Source of the DNA: a virus
Lineage: Duplodnaviria; Caudoviricetes
DNA length: 64,000 nt
Reading direction: 5' to 3' (one strand)
Virus record (IMG/VR): IMGVR_UViG_3300035498_000356
Span: 91,355-155,354 of that record
Made by a program: the position numbers and the translations under genes
Notes under the pieces: model-generated
Seen by the model: only the letters and a program-made list of their open reading frames with translations
The model's database searches: none
Told to the model about the DNA's origin: nothing
In this document: positions 61,775-64,000 of the stretch, piece by piece
Position numbering within the stretch: position 1 is the first letter of the stretch
Layout: every line of letters begins with the position of its first letter

Positions 61775-62953
61775 TTATTGTTTAGTAGTTGTCTATGTGG
61801 TTTGAGCAGCAGGATCTGCAATTGATTTATTTACTGCGATTGTATTACTCAATCTTTGATCGCCAACTCTTGCCATGATTAAAGTTGTTAATTCATTTAT
61901 TATTTCTTGACATACATAATCTGGAAATTCCATTACCTAAGAAGTATCTTCAGTAAGATCTACCTGTCTTTTTGTAAGTCTAATTCTCTAAGGAGCTTTG
62001 ATATAATCTATAAGTACACCAACTAATTTATAGATAGAATCATCATGACCATATCTAATTTCACATCTAACTTTTGTTGAGTTAGCATGTCTAGTATAAG
62101 CAGGATTAGTAGTTAATTTAGTATCCTTTTTATTAAATGAAATTGTTTTAGAAATTTCTGATTCTGATTTTACAATAGACTTTATAGTTCCTTCTGATTG
62201 TGTTGTTTTATTAATATAAATTGAACATACATCTCCTACAGAATGTTCATTATTAAACCGTACAGTTATGTTTTCATTATCTGTTTCGTATTGGAAACCG
62301 GCTGATATTGAATCATAATCTATTTTAACAATCAAATCGCCATATTTATCCGTACTTATTACAACATATGGGTCTGAATTGCCAGCCTAATCAGTACTTC
62401 CTGGAATATTTTCATTATATATATTCGTAGGTAAATCCTTATTATCTTGATTTACATTATTAATATAAAAATAAGGTTTCCATGGAGATGGTCTATTGTA
62501 ATAGTCATTTAATATTTGAGACCAAGAATCAGAAGTTAATCTTGTGGCTGCAACAGTTACAACATCACCTTTATCGTAGCAGTTTTCAGCATCTTCGTTT
62601 AATTTATAAACACATGTACAATTTAACATGTGTAAATAATCATCAGGCAATACCACTTGATATGTAGCACCCGCAAGACTATCTAAATCAATATTTAAGA
62701 AATTCTAATCACTAACTAAATCAGAAAATATTTCAGGTTCTACTTTCTATGCTTTTAATGTAGTTGTAGTTTTTAAAACTCTTAGATCATCTGTTGTCTA
62801 CTAGTTAACATCATAAATATTATAACGTTTATTTATATACTAATAGATTGCTTTATTGAAATAATAATTGAATTCATGTAACAGTAAGCTAGGAGCATTA
62901 ACCTTGCTAAGTTCTGTTAACATGGACTCCCAAACTTGCCTAGCTGTTGTCAT
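61775..62953 (-). CDS. conserved crAss-like structural (neck/ring) protein (392 aa, TAG=Gln)
   Basis: MTTARQVWESMLTELSKVNAPSLLL...YDVN**TTDDLRVLK...LPDDYLHMLNC...DYIKAP*RIRLT...MEFPDYVCQEIINEL. Confidence 0.78.
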
Positions 62954-62958
62954 AAATA

Positions 62959-63828
62959 TTATTCAGTTATAAGATCTGGGAATGTATCTTTTTTGATAAG
63001 TTCAAGTACTTTCTTATTATTAGGGTTCTTCATCCATGCTATCACAGCATCATCTGTTGCACCCAATGCAATGTTATCTCCGTAAAGATAAAGTTTATTC
63101 TTTATATAAATAACGTGCTTTTCTTTAGCTTCTATCAAAAGCAATCTAAGTGACGTTTCACCACCAGTATATAGATTAATAATCTTTTCGGGTTGTGAAC
63201 TTGCAACATTTAACAAGAAATCAAGAACGTCTGCGGCAGGTTGATTTGACATATTCTTGCCAAGAAGTCTAGCCATATTAATTTGACCTTGCAATCCATT
63301 CTCATCATTAAGAACGTATGATTCAGCATCATGAATAAGTTTCTTACGATTTACTCTCTTGTTTGTTTCCATTCCAGGATGGTCAATGTATAATTCTGCT
63401 ACTCCACTACGGCCACCATTTGTGCCAGTAAATTGGCCTTTAAAATTAGGACCATCAATAACAGGAACTCCATTCTTATCTTTTTCAAATCTACTAGGAG
63501 CAATAAGAGGACAGTTTTTAATAGCATCCCATTCACAACGTTGTCTAACATCGGTTAAGTCAAACACCTGACCACTAGTAATTGTAAAGAATGTGTTTTC
63601 TGGAATATAATGTATCTCTCCTGCTTGCTCTCTAAGAAGCTGATTCTCTGTAATAATCATGTCACCTTGTGAATTTACAGGCCGTACACATTCAGGGAAT
63701 CTTCCATATTTATCTTTACATGGCTGGATAAAATATTTAATTCCAGCTTTATCATAAGTACTCTTTAAAATTATCTTAGTATCATCAAAAATTACATCAG
63801 TTGCAGTAACTTGTTTTTTTGCACTCAT
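62959..63828 (-). CDS. conserved crAss-like protein immediately downstream of the major capsid gene (289 aa, no TAG)
   Basis: Intact ORF in both codes; conserved position after the capsid gene. Confidence 0.8.
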   Translation of the reverse strand: MSAKKQVTATDVIFDDTKIILKSTYDKAGIKYFIQPCKDKYGRFPECVRPVNSQGDMIITENQLLREQAGEIHYIPENTFFTITSGQVFDLTDVRQRCEWDAIKNCPLIAPSRFEKDKNGVPVIDGPNFKGQFTGTNGGRSGVAELYIDHPGMETNKRVNRKKLIHDAESYVLNDENGLQGQINMARLLGKNMSNQPAADVLDFLLNVASSQPEKIINLYTGGETSLRLLLIEAKEKHVIYIKNKLYLYGDNIALGATDDAVIAWMKNPNNKKVLELIKKDTFPDLITE

Positions 63829-63856
63829 ATTAATTCATTATCATAAAAGGATACAA

Positions 63857-63878
63857 TTTGGGGAGCATTCTCCCCAAA
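63857..63878 (-). terminator. hairpin downstream of the capsid gene (weak terminator or mRNA-stabilising stem)
   Basis: TTTGGGGAG-CATT-CTCCCCAAA, perfect 9-bp stem with only an interrupted U tract. Confidence 0.5.
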
Positions 63879-63917
63879 CCAGATCTATAGGTTATAATTA
63901 TTTATCTATTATTTAAA

Positions 63918-64000
63918 TCAAGCTTGGTAAATAATAACAGAACGGAATGGAGTCATAGCTGCTATACCTGCATACTGCATCATTACCATCTTAGAACCTG
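63918..64000 (-). CDS. major capsid protein, C-terminal end (truncated by window edge)
   Basis: GSKMVMMQYAGIAAMTPFRSVIIYQA then TGA; resembles crAss-like MCP C-termini and fits the gene order. Confidence 0.65.
   Translation of the reverse strand, partial: GSKMVMMQYAGIAAMTPFRSVIIYQA

Noticed and set aside
9737-62953. Interpretation as a decayed prophage or pseudogene field
   Set aside because: The breaks are TAG codons, frames are preserved over many kb, and gene junctions overlap precisely, which indicates recoding rather than decay.
16065-63571. Plus-strand ORFs in the track within the late arm (e.g. 16065-16382, 26572-27063, 40465-40836, 43592-43954)
   Set aside because: They are antisense shadows of the long minus-strand genes, with Ser/Leu/Phe/Ile-biased composition and no recognisable motifs.
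1-64000. Suppressor tRNA, CRISPR array, integrase or reverse transcriptase
   Set aside because: None was recognisable by eye and intergenic gaps are mostly too short; a tRNAscan-SE run on the full genome is needed to locate the expected tRNA-CUA.

Overview
This 64 kb window comes from an AT-rich crAss-like (Crassvirales, Bacteroidota-infecting) phage genome with two convergent arms that meet at a bidirectional terminator at about 9.7 kb. The + strand arm (1-9687) is an early/replication module readable in the standard code: RpoD-like sigma factor, polynucleotide-kinase-like ATPase, family B DNA polymerase split by a group I intron carrying a GIY-YIG homing endonuclease, ThyX, metallophosphoesterase, YqeY-like and DUF1599 proteins, and small zinc-finger ORFs. 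The - strand arm (9737-64000) looks shattered in the supplied ORF track only because TAG is reassigned, almost certainly to Gln (translation table 15). Read that way, it resolves into about 20 tightly packed genes, many joined by TAATG or ATGA overlaps: the major capsid C-terminus, conserved head/neck/ring genes, two large tail proteins, small cargo-like proteins, and a 33 kb block of giant proteins. That block includes a 3583-aa virion RNA polymerase (DFDID), a 3215-aa protein with a complete SF1 helicase, a zincin and a PD-(D/E)XK nuclease-containing protein. The most notable hunting results are a recurrent KxGGxL / [FYA]QxG peptide tag at the ends and internal junctions of the putative cargo proteins; an endonuclease ORF that reads through the intron's ribozyme core; a frameshifted peptidoglycan-binding gene; a TAG-free gene inside the recoded operon; and a YqeY-like protein that could serve the recoding. 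Gene boundaries were derived by hand from shared reading frames and spot checks, not by running a gene caller or any database search.
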